The notes under the pieces are model-generated. The model ran no database searches, was not told the origin of the DNA, and worked only from the letters and a program-made list of their open reading frames with translations. The position numbers and the translations under genes were made by a program. Below, piece after piece: positions 56,301 to 64,000 of a stretch of 64,000 nucleotides of DNA. How positions within the stretch are numbered: position 1 is the stretch's first letter; each line of letters opens with the position of its first letter. The stretch is from an uncultured Candidatus Binatia bacterium. GTDB taxonomy: Bacteria > Desulfobacterota > Binatia > UBA9968 > JAJDTQ01. The stretch is from contig OZ244070.1 of the NCBI GenBank assembly GCA_965215605.1, forward strand, positions 1,312,001 through 1,376,000. Reading direction: 5' to 3'.

Positions 56301-57622
56301 CGCGCGGACTCGGCCAGGGACACGCCGCCATCCGAGACCAGCTCCAGCGCGTCGCGGACGTAGAGCCCGCCGAGCCGCACGCCCCGGGTCAGCGGGTGGC
56401 CCGCGCCGGTGGACACCAGCGACGGCCGCGGCGTCCGGCCGGCGACCCTCAGAGGAAGGCCGTCGGCCACGGTGCGGATGAGGATGAAGTTGCCGCGCTC
56501 CAGCGGCGGCGCCGGCACGCGGTCGAGTATCACCACGTCGTAGGCCGCCACCTGCTCGGTGACCCGGTCCACCGGGATGCGGTCGATGCGGGCCAGGGTG
56601 ACCTGGGGGAAATAGCGCAGCAACCGCTCCAGGAACGGGTTCCCCGGCCCCACGTAGAGCACCCGGGTGGGGCGCCGGTCCGGGAACGCCAGGAAGGCGC
56701 GGTTGTCCGTGGGCAGATCGTCGTCGATGCTCAGCAGCGCGGTGGCGCGCCCCCGCAAGGGGCCCGGCACCCCGTAGATCAGCACCTCCCGGGCCAGCGG
56801 CTCCAGGGACAGCAGCGTCCGGCTCACCACCCGGTCGGCCACGGTGACGATCAAGGGCGCGTGCACCGGCCGCTCGGTGAAGTTCTGCACCACCACCATG
56901 GCCTCGTACTCGCCGGCCTCGCCGGCCACGCGGCGGAACTGGAAGCCCAGGATGCCCACGTTGTCCGTGCCCCCGGCCACCTGGACGAGCTCCAGGTAGG
57001 ACGCCGCCAGCGGCAGCTCCTCGATGCCCCTGAAGGCGCCGTCGGTGATCACCACCACCCGGTGCGGCCCCTGACGCCCGAGGAAGGTGTCGGCCAGCAG
57101 CACCGCCTCCTTCACCGGCGCCTCGGCGTCGGTGGCGGCCAACCCCTCGGCAGCCTGCCGGAGGGCGGACCGGTCCCGGGTGAAGGGCTGGACCACCTCG
57201 GGCTGCGCCGACGCGCCGACGAGCATCATGCGATCGTTGGCGCCCAGTGCGTCGATGCGCGCCAGCAACTCGGCGCGGGCGGCGTCGAAACGGGTGCCCG
57301 ACTCGCCCGCCGCCTTCATGCTGGCGCTCAGGTCCATCACCACCACCAGGTCCCGGCCGGCGCTGCCGACCCCCAGGAGGGCGGGGCCCGCCAGCGCGGC
57401 GATGACCGCGAGGGCCGCCAGAAGCTGCAGGATGAGGGGCAGGTTGCGGCGCCAGAGCCAACCGAGGCGACGGCCCATGGGCCGCTCCCGCAGCACCTTC
57501 TCCAGCAGGAAGAGGGCCGTGACCGGAACCCGCGGCCCCCTGGGCCTGAGGCTGTTGAGCAGCAGGATGAGGGGGACGGCTCCCAGCAGGAACAAGAACG
57601 CCGCGGGAAAGAGCCACAGCAC
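53291..57622 (-). CDS. Large membrane protein: BatA-type N-terminus, three VWA domains, Ig-like and GATase-like domains
   Basis: MIDAS motifs DLSAS, DLSHS and DKSGS with downstream TDG/SDA/SDG; N-terminal, central and C-terminal TM segments; LLILDNVPA..GGGLIVLGG. Confidence 0.85.
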   Translation of the reverse strand: MLWLFPAAFLFLLGAVPLILLLNSLRPRGPRVPVTALFLLEKVLRERPMGRRLGWLWRRNLPLILQLLAALAVIAALAGPALLGVGSAGRDLVVVMDLSASMKAAGESGTRFDAARAELLARIDALGANDRMMLVGASAQPEVVQPFTRDRSALRQAAEGLAATDAEAPVKEAVLLADTFLGRQGPHRVVVITDGAFRGIEELPLAASYLELVQVAGGTDNVGILGFQFRRVAGEAGEYEAMVVVQNFTERPVHAPLIVTVADRVVSRTLLSLEPLAREVLIYGVPGPLRGRATALLSIDDDLPTDNRAFLAFPDRRPTRVLYVGPGNPFLERLLRYFPQVTLARIDRIPVDRVTEQVAAYDVVILDRVPAPPLERGNFILIRTVADGLPLRVAGRTPRPSLVSTGAGHPLTRGVRLGGLYVRDALELVSDGGVSLAESARGPLIHAVESGDLKALVFAFDLAQSDLPFRVSFPLLVRNAFSWFRPAAREFPASQVTAGLPFVADVGVDEERLIFVSPAGDSSPVRIRERKGTYAGTSEVGFYRFRGKRGEGEFAVNLFSEEESRIRPSYHAAPGGSATAAEQSGPGARLDLWPVLLAVALALLLAESILVCRARRSLLPLWLRVPAAAVLLLALANPRILAQDPELDVVMAVDLSHSAGEEARVRAAEVLERARELVGARVRLGLFSFARRPQWEFLPTHEPPLSELPPPPERDATDLGAALQGALGELSEGRESRILLISDANENRGSVERVLPMLRSHGVAVWPYSVSLAEGKNEVYLSELTVPSVVDSGETFEIKAALTSTRASSAGVTLLRDGRVIRSLRRELAPGANWLSFTESVERRGTHTYELMVDADADVLAENNLLQGIVSVKGPSRVLYLHGADAARRFMAEALRVQGYEVAEKTPARANLTLPELSGFDLLILDNVPAYQLSQVKMERIERFVRDLGGGLIVLGGTRSYGAGGYYRTPLEQTLPLEMRPPARMELPHVALLFVVDKSGSMGGGPFGTTKLDLAKAATMASAELLNPADEVGILAFDSNWQWVVPFRAAGGGESIAEDVAALSSDGGTDLRKAMVEGRRALAAKEAAIKHVLVLSDGLTEKEDLLEQVTRMAQEKISVSTVSIGGDANRRLMTQLAGSGNGRSYAAVDPRTIPQIFTTETLLISRDLLVEKTVTPVVAGPAGPMRGFSGGPLPQVLGYVLTHVKPGAETHLRAGEDPLLVSWRYGLGRVYAFTSDVSGRWGRHWVQWPEFPRWAAQMARLAVRSVSDHRLRTDFVREGEVMSAVVDLFSPSGRPVNHLKLQGLLTRADETLQEETFRQVAPGRYRTRFATPRRGINLLTVKQPPGPSGAPAVALTVPFIVPFSKEYREMDANTVLLERLAQQTGGRLLRDETLAEDVESLFTADPDAAGTARGIWWALAAAALGVFLLDLALRAVIQVRRAG

Positions 57623-57626
57623 GGCG

Positions 57627-58519
57627 TTATCCGGGGCGCCGGTCCTGGGTCAGGTAGCTCAGGACGAAGTCGTCGAAGGGCACGTTGCTGGTGGCGCGCC
57701 GGTAGTCCATCTCCCGGCTCTCGCAGAGCCGCCGGGCGCCGGCGAAGAACTCCTCCACCTCCCGCTGGAACCGGTCCGCCAGGTCCCGGTCGAGAAAGAC
57801 CCGGCGCTCCCGGGCCGTCTCCACGTCCACCAGCGACACGTCGCCGCCGGGGTCCAGCCGCGTCTCGCCGTCGCCGAGCACATGGACCAGCAAGACATCG
57901 TGGCGTTTCCGCGCCAACTCGTCCAGCGCGGCATCGCAACCGGCGGCGTCCAGGAGGTCGCTGAACAGCACCACCAGGCCCGGCCGTGGACAGAGGCGGG
58001 TGAAGGTCTTCACCGAGGTCTCCAGGTCGGTGCGGCCGGCGCAGGACAGCGACTCGAGGAAGTTGAACAGGGCCAGGATCTGACGCCGGGCGCGGGCCGG
58101 CGGCAACTGCGCGGTCACGTCCTCCCCCAGGGCCGCGGCCCCCACCCGGTCGTGGGTCTTGAGGCCGATGTAGCCCAGCGCCGCGGCCACGCTCTTGGCG
58201 AACTCCAGCTTGGACGGCGAGCCCTCCGCCATGGACCGGCTGGTGTCCAGCAGCAGGTACACGGTGATCTCCTCTTCGGCGGTGAAGACCTTCAGCAGCA
58301 GCCGTTCCAGGCGCCCGTACACGTTCCAGTCCACGTAGCGCAGGTCGTCGCCGCGGCTGTACTTGCGGTAGTCGGAAAACTCCAGGCTGTAGCCCTTGCG
58401 GACGGTGGGATGCTCGCCCCGGGCCATGCCCCAGTTGAGGCGCTTGGCCACCAGGCGCAGCTTGTCCAGCCGCGCCAGGAAATCGGGCTCCAGGAAACGG
58501 TGCGCCTCGGCCTCGGCCA

Positions 58520-58520
<1 letters not shown>
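57627..58520 (-). CDS. DUF58 domain protein
   Basis: GEH..RKGYSLEFSDYRKYSRGDDLRYVDWN, LLDTSRSM, VLFSD; start MAEAEAH. Confidence 0.92.
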
Positions 58521-59530
<1,010 letters not shown>

Positions 59531-59575
59531 GTTGACTCCTGTTCTGATTCGCCGACTTGCATGGCGGACACGACG

Positions 59576-60982
59576 TTATGGCGTTTGCCGGGTCACGCCC
59601 AGGGACAGAAAGTAGTTCTTGATGGTTTCCTTGAAGGCGGCGGGAATCTCCTCCGATGCCAGTTCCGCCTCCACCTGCCGCCGGTACCGCACCACCACCG
59701 GCTCTTCCGCCACCGTGCCGTCGCCCGCCCGGGCCTCGCCCCTGAAGCCGAAGCCCCGGCTCGACCCCTTCCCCAGGAGCCCCTGCAGGTGGGTGCGCAC
59801 GCGGGCCTGGAAGGCCGGATCGTGGGCCTCCTGCTGCACCTTGCCGGGCTCGTTCCCGGGCCGCCGTCCCGCCGCCGGCGGTTCTTCCGAGCGCTCGGCG
59901 GGATCGCCGGGCCGGGACGATTCGGCGACGGATTCATCGGGCGCGTCGCCGAGCAGCAGCTCGGTGAGGAACTGCCGCGTCTCCCCCAACGCGCGCCGGT
60001 CCTGCTCTTGCCGGGCCTCCCGTTCCAAACGGTCGAGGAACTCCCGCACTTCCTCCGAAGCCATGTCCGTGGAGCCTCCCGGCCGCTGGTCGAGGGAGGA
60101 CATTCCCAGGGACTCCATCAGCTCGGACCGGCTCATGCCCGCGGACGAACCGTCCTGCTTCCGCAACTCCGAACGCCGCAGATGGTCCCTCAACTGCTCC
60201 AGCGCCCGGTCGGACAGCGCCGGCCACTCCACTCCCGCCCCTTGGGGCCACGACCGGGTCATCTCCTGGAGCACGTCCGCCATGGCTCCCACCGACGCCG
60301 CGAGGCGGGACTCTTCCGGGCCGCCCTCGGCCAGTTGCCGTTCCGCCATTTCCCGCAAGGCGTCGGCCATGCGCCGGCTCTCGGCCAAGTCCTGCTCCCG
60401 CGCCCGCTCTTCCAGTTCCCGGGCGTGCTCCTGGATGGCCTGGGCCATCCTGTCCGGCGCCGACGCCGCCTGGGGGGCGCCGCCGGGGGGCAGCCACAAC
60501 CCCGCCGCCGCCAGCAGCGCCAGCGCCGGGCCGGCCAGCGCGTGCCAAGTGAGCTGCCGCCGGCAAATCGGCCGGAGCGGCGCCGCCCCGAGTTTTCCGG
60601 CGGCTTCCTCCACCACCAGAGCCTCCTCCGGGGCAACCTTTCCTTCCGGCATCTCCCGGCGCCGGAACAGGATGTCCCACGCCGTCAGCACCCGCTCGTC
60701 GAGCTCCAGCCGGTCGTCCACCTGCGTGAGCGAGCGCAGGAACGCCTGCTCGCGCCAGGGGCGCAGCAGGAACACGCCGGCCGCGGCCGCGGCAAAGACC
60801 GCCGGCGCCAGCCACAGGAGCGCGGCGTCCACCGCCAGCAGGGCCCGCGCCGCCACCAGCCCGGCCGCCGCCAACGCGGTGTAGAAAAGGCTTTCCAGCA
60901 GCAGGCGCTCGCGCCGCTTGCGCCGCTCCCAGCGGCGCAGGTCGGCCAGCTTCTCCTTCAGAACCGCTCCCGGATCGGTCAC
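59576..60982 (-). CDS. Hypothetical membrane protein with coiled-coil region
   Basis: GTG start overlapping the upstream stop (GTGA); three TM segments, DDRLELDERVLTA, Glu/Arg-rich helices, C-terminal EEIPAAFKETIKNYF. Confidence 0.75.
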   Translation of the reverse strand: MTDPGAVLKEKLADLRRWERRKRRERLLLESLFYTALAAAGLVAARALLAVDAALLWLAPAVFAAAAAGVFLLRPWREQAFLRSLTQVDDRLELDERVLTAWDILFRRREMPEGKVAPEEALVVEEAAGKLGAAPLRPICRRQLTWHALAGPALALLAAAGLWLPPGGAPQAASAPDRMAQAIQEHARELEERAREQDLAESRRMADALREMAERQLAEGGPEESRLAASVGAMADVLQEMTRSWPQGAGVEWPALSDRALEQLRDHLRRSELRKQDGSSAGMSRSELMESLGMSSLDQRPGGSTDMASEEVREFLDRLEREARQEQDRRALGETRQFLTELLLGDAPDESVAESSRPGDPAERSEEPPAAGRRPGNEPGKVQQEAHDPAFQARVRTHLQGLLGKGSSRGFGFRGEARAGDGTVAEEPVVVRYRRQVEAELASEEIPAAFKETIKNYFLSLGVTRQTP

Positions 60983-61740
60983 GAGTAGCCTTTCTCGACG
61001 CGTTTCAGGCCACGGGCCAGCAGCCCCAGGCCGACGACGAACACCAAGCCCTGGAAGGTCCAATGAACGAGGGCCGGGGGCCACGCCGGCCCCCAGGGCG
61101 CCGTCATCTCCAGGGTGCCGAGATGATAGAGCAGAAACGCCACCGGATTCAATGTTTGCGCCCATGCTCCGAACGCCCCGGAGATCAGGAAGAAGCAGAC
61201 GAAGATCCAGCGGATGAAGACCCGGCGGCTGTCCACCTTGCGCTCCCAGAAGGCCAGGCCCACGAGACCCCAGATGCCGTAAACCACGGCGTACAGGAAC
61301 AGCATGGGAAGGGTGGTGGCCATGTCCCTCAGGGGCGCGCGGGCGATGGCCCCGGACCAGCCCAGCAGCGGCGCCGCGAGCAAGAGCAGGACCAGGCCGT
61401 GGACCGCCAGGACGGCCAGCAGGCCGGACACCACCGCGGCGACGCCGAGACGCTCCTCCTCCAGCCAATGCCGCAGCGGCGAGAACCGCCAGGCCAGGAA
61501 CTCCAGTCCCGCGAACCGCAGCGCCAGGTAGACGATCAGCAGCAGCGTGGCGACGCTCGAGAACTTGAAGAGGAAGGCCGGCCCGACCCAGAAGCTCGCC
61601 TCACCGGAGGGCAGCACCAGCGCCAGCACCTGCAACGCGCCCAGAACGGAGACGTAGAACAGGTAGGTGAGGCAGGCCTGTCCCTCTTCCCAGTAGACCG
61701 CCGCCGCTTCCCGGAAAACCGGATTGGCCCAGGGTCTCAC
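60979..61740 (-). CDS. Integral membrane protein (ABC-2 permease-like)
   Basis: NPVFRE N-terminus, about six hydrophobic segments, LNPV motif; GTGA-coupled on both sides. Confidence 0.7.
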   Translation of the reverse strand: MRPWANPVFREAAAVYWEEGQACLTYLFYVSVLGALQVLALVLPSGEASFWVGPAFLFKFSSVATLLLIVYLALRFAGLEFLAWRFSPLRHWLEEERLGVAAVVSGLLAVLAVHGLVLLLLAAPLLGWSGAIARAPLRDMATTLPMLFLYAVVYGIWGLVGLAFWERKVDSRRVFIRWIFVCFFLISGAFGAWAQTLNPVAFLLYHLGTLEMTAPWGPAWPPALVHWTFQGLVFVVGLGLLARGLKRVEKGYS

Positions 61741-63620
61741 AGGTCCTCCTCCCCGGAGCCCAGGGGGATGGCGACACGAAACAGCTTGAAGTGGTGCGCC
61801 GTCACCCGGGGGTCCGCCACCCGAAGCTCCGGCTCCTCGTCCCGGACCCAGCCGATGACGTAAGCCGTCCGGGGGTCCCCGCGGCCGCCGTCCGGGAACA
61901 CCGAGCGGCGCAGCAGGACCTCGCGGACCTCTTCTTCGAAACGGACGCTCTGGGGCTGAAGACGCTCCTCCTCCCCGTCCCGGGCGGGGACGGCGGCCTC
62001 GGGCAGCTCGCGCCGCAGGCGGCCGCCCGGCGGCACGTCCCCGAGCCTGTAGCCCTCTTCACCGATCACGAGCCAGCATTCCGTAAGGCTCCCGGAGCCG
62101 CGGTTGACGATGCCGACGCGGTAGGTTCCGCGGGAGTGCTCCCACTCGATGGTCACCGGCCAGGGGCGCACCGCGCGAAGCCGGAACAACGCCGCGTTCC
62201 ATTCCGGAAGGGGCACCAGGATGCGGTCCCGGGGACGCGCCTGTTGCAGCACCAGCGACGCGCCGGCGGCGGCGCCCGGCGGCGGCACCAGATCGAGCTG
62301 GGTCAGGTCGCGGCCGAGGCTGAAAGAGAAGTCCTTGTGCCGGGTTGCGAAAAGACCCACGTTGGCGTGCACCGGCGCCACGTCCGACCAGGGCGTCCCG
62401 TCCACCACCGTGGAGGAGATCAGGATTCCGTCCGGCACGTGCCCGCCCCGGTCGAAGTACCAGTAACCGCCCAGCGCGCACGCCAGCATCAGCGATGCCG
62501 GGGCCAGCACCAGCCGGCGCCGCGACAGTCCGCCGCCCCTGCCGTAGCGGAACCAGAGCAGCAGCGACCCGATGTAGAGCCCCAGCGCCAGCAGCAGCGC
62601 CAACATCGGCGAACGCAGGCTGGAGAACCCGAAGTCCTGGAGCAACGTCATGAAGATTTCCCGGTTCCAGGCGGTCCACGGGTCCGAAGGTCTGGCGGGC
62701 GGCGCGCCCAGGATCTCCCCGAAGAGCGGCGGGAGGCCGGCCCAATCCGCCACCGGCGGGCGGCCCACGTCCAGCGCCAGATAGACCACCCTGCCCTCGC
62801 CGTGGCTCCGCTCCGCCAGGATGGGCGTGTCTCCCTCCGACATGAGCACCCGGCCGTCCGTGCCCGGGCCGGCGTCCTGCACCAGCGCGTCCTCCAGGAC
62901 GCCGCCGAACCGGGCGGTCAGCGCCGGCAGGGCATCCAGCCGCTTCAGGCCGCGCACCGCCACCGGCAGCAAGCCGGCGGTGGCCGGGTCCCGATAAAGG
63001 GCGAAGTGGGCGCCGCCCAGCACCACCAGCACCCCGCCGCCGGAGAGCCAGCGCTCCAGCGCGCGCCGCTGGCCCCGGGACAGGCCCCGCAGGGACTGCT
63101 CGTAGAGCATGACGCTCCAGACTCCGCCATAGGCCCGGACGTCCTCGGGGAGATCACTCAAGGGGACGGAAACAACCGGCACGGGGGTCTGGTAGTCCAG
63201 CGGGATGGCCGGGGCGACGTTGCTCCGGGTCAGCAGGAGGACCAGCGGCTGGCCGGTGAACCGGCCGCGCAGGCTCACCGAGGTTTCATGGCTTCGGCCG
63301 CCGCCGGTGAAGCGCAAAAGGAGCGGCTGCGCCACCGAATCGGGATCGACGGTGACGAAGACGACCTTGCGCGCGTGGGTGGAGAGAAAGATGTCCCGAC
63401 GCTGGATGAACGAGTAGGGCTCCATGCCCCGGGTGGGTCCGCCGCGGGCCTCCACCACCTCCAGGACGCCCCGGACGGCCACCCCGGAATTCACCAGCTC
63501 GATGCGCACCGGCAAGGGCTCGCCGAGCCGGAAGATGCCTCCGAAACCGGGTTGCGCCCGTATCGAAACGTCGGCCGCCGCCGGACCGGCAGCCAGGAGC
63601 GCCAAGCCGGCCAGAACCAC
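61737..63620 (-). CDS. Hypothetical exported/membrane protein with a GATase-like (DUF4350-like) domain
   Basis: Signal-like VLAGLALLAAGPAAAD, QRRALERWLSGGGVLVVLGG, GEGRVVYL, central TM pair; start uncertain (GTG 63620). Confidence 0.72.
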   Translation of the reverse strand: MVLAGLALLAAGPAAADVSIRAQPGFGGIFRLGEPLPVRIELVNSGVAVRGVLEVVEARGGPTRGMEPYSFIQRRDIFLSTHARKVVFVTVDPDSVAQPLLLRFTGGGRSHETSVSLRGRFTGQPLVLLLTRSNVAPAIPLDYQTPVPVVSVPLSDLPEDVRAYGGVWSVMLYEQSLRGLSRGQRRALERWLSGGGVLVVLGGAHFALYRDPATAGLLPVAVRGLKRLDALPALTARFGGVLEDALVQDAGPGTDGRVLMSEGDTPILAERSHGEGRVVYLALDVGRPPVADWAGLPPLFGEILGAPPARPSDPWTAWNREIFMTLLQDFGFSSLRSPMLALLLALGLYIGSLLLWFRYGRGGGLSRRRLVLAPASLMLACALGGYWYFDRGGHVPDGILISSTVVDGTPWSDVAPVHANVGLFATRHKDFSFSLGRDLTQLDLVPPPGAAAGASLVLQQARPRDRILVPLPEWNAALFRLRAVRPWPVTIEWEHSRGTYRVGIVNRGSGSLTECWLVIGEEGYRLGDVPPGGRLRRELPEAAVPARDGEEERLQPQSVRFEEEVREVLLRRSVFPDGGRGDPRTAYVIGWVRDEEPELRVADPRVTAHHFKLFRVAIPLGSGEEDL

Positions 63621-63658
63621 GGCCCACCCCGTTGGTCCCGGCCGCGGCGATGCGCCGG

Positions 63659-63676
63659 CTGGGCGTAGTCGAAGGA
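63659..63676 (+). repeat. Short REP-like copy CTGGGCGTAGTCGAAGGA right after the greA stop
   Basis: Matches the ends of the 17331-17366 element (CTGAGCGTAG...GTCGAAGGA). Confidence 0.5.
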
Positions 63677-63678
63677 GG

Positions 63679-64000
63679 CTATTCGATGAAAGTGACGTCC
63701 AGTACCTCGAAGTTCCGTACGCCCGCGGGCGTGCGCACCTCCACCAGGTCACCCACCCGCCGGCCGATCAGCGACCGCGCCACCGGCGAGCCCAGGGATA
63801 TCCTCCCCTCCCGAGGCTCTGCCTCGTGCTCGCCGACGATCTGGTAGCTGACGCTCTCCTCGGTATCGTCGTCCACCAGCTTGACGGTGGCGCCGAATAC
63901 GATCCTGTCGCCGGAAAGCTTGGAGACGTCGATGACCTGGGCTCGAGCGATCTTGTCCTCGATCTCGCGAATCTGGACATCGAGAAACGATTGGCGATCC
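63679..64000 (-). CDS. greA: Transcription elongation factor GreA (partial, 5' end beyond window)
   Basis: QSFLDVQIREIEDKIARAQVID...IVFGATV...YQIVGEHEA...ISLGSPVARSLIG. Confidence 0.93.
   Translation of the reverse strand, partial: DRQSFLDVQIREIEDKIARAQVIDVSKLSGDRIVFGATVKLVDDDTEESVSYQIVGEHEAEPREGRISLGSPVARSLIGRRVGDLVEVRTPAGVRNFEVLDVTFIE

Overview
High-GC, almost entirely housekeeping window. Gene order and sequences resemble Deltaproteobacteria/Desulfobacterota-like lineages, possibly Ca. Binatia (inference). 1-22.5 kb on the minus strand holds tRNA-Thr/Tyr/Gly/Thr-tuf-rpmG-tRNA-Trp-secE-nusG-rplKAJL-rpoBC-rpsLG-fusA and the S10/spc operon as far as a partial rplE. Next come rlmB, lptFG, rplM-rpsI, tRNA-Val/Asp, tig-clpP-clpX-lon, five more tRNAs, rph, an aldehyde dehydrogenase, a polyprenyl synthase and a cold-shock protein. 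A pyruvate dehydrogenase cluster (aceE-aceF-lpdA-ferredoxin) is flanked by lipB and an LplA/LipM-like gene, followed by ilvE, an orphan ABC ATPase and trmFO-dprA-der-era. A small AT-richer patch carries an outer-membrane beta-barrel gene and a gene remnant. The window ends with an uncharacterised six-gene MoxR/DUF58/triple-VWA membrane operon downstream of greA. I found 12 tRNA genes and no rRNA, CRISPR array, transposase, integrase or defence gene. The most interesting signals are the MoxR operon with its fused 1443-aa VWA protein, a 163-bp MITE between der and dprA, two REP-like repeat families (one supplying stop codons), an intrinsic terminator between rpsG and fusA, and a ~25-30 aa helical insertion in NusG. 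All calls come from reading the sequence; no searches were run.
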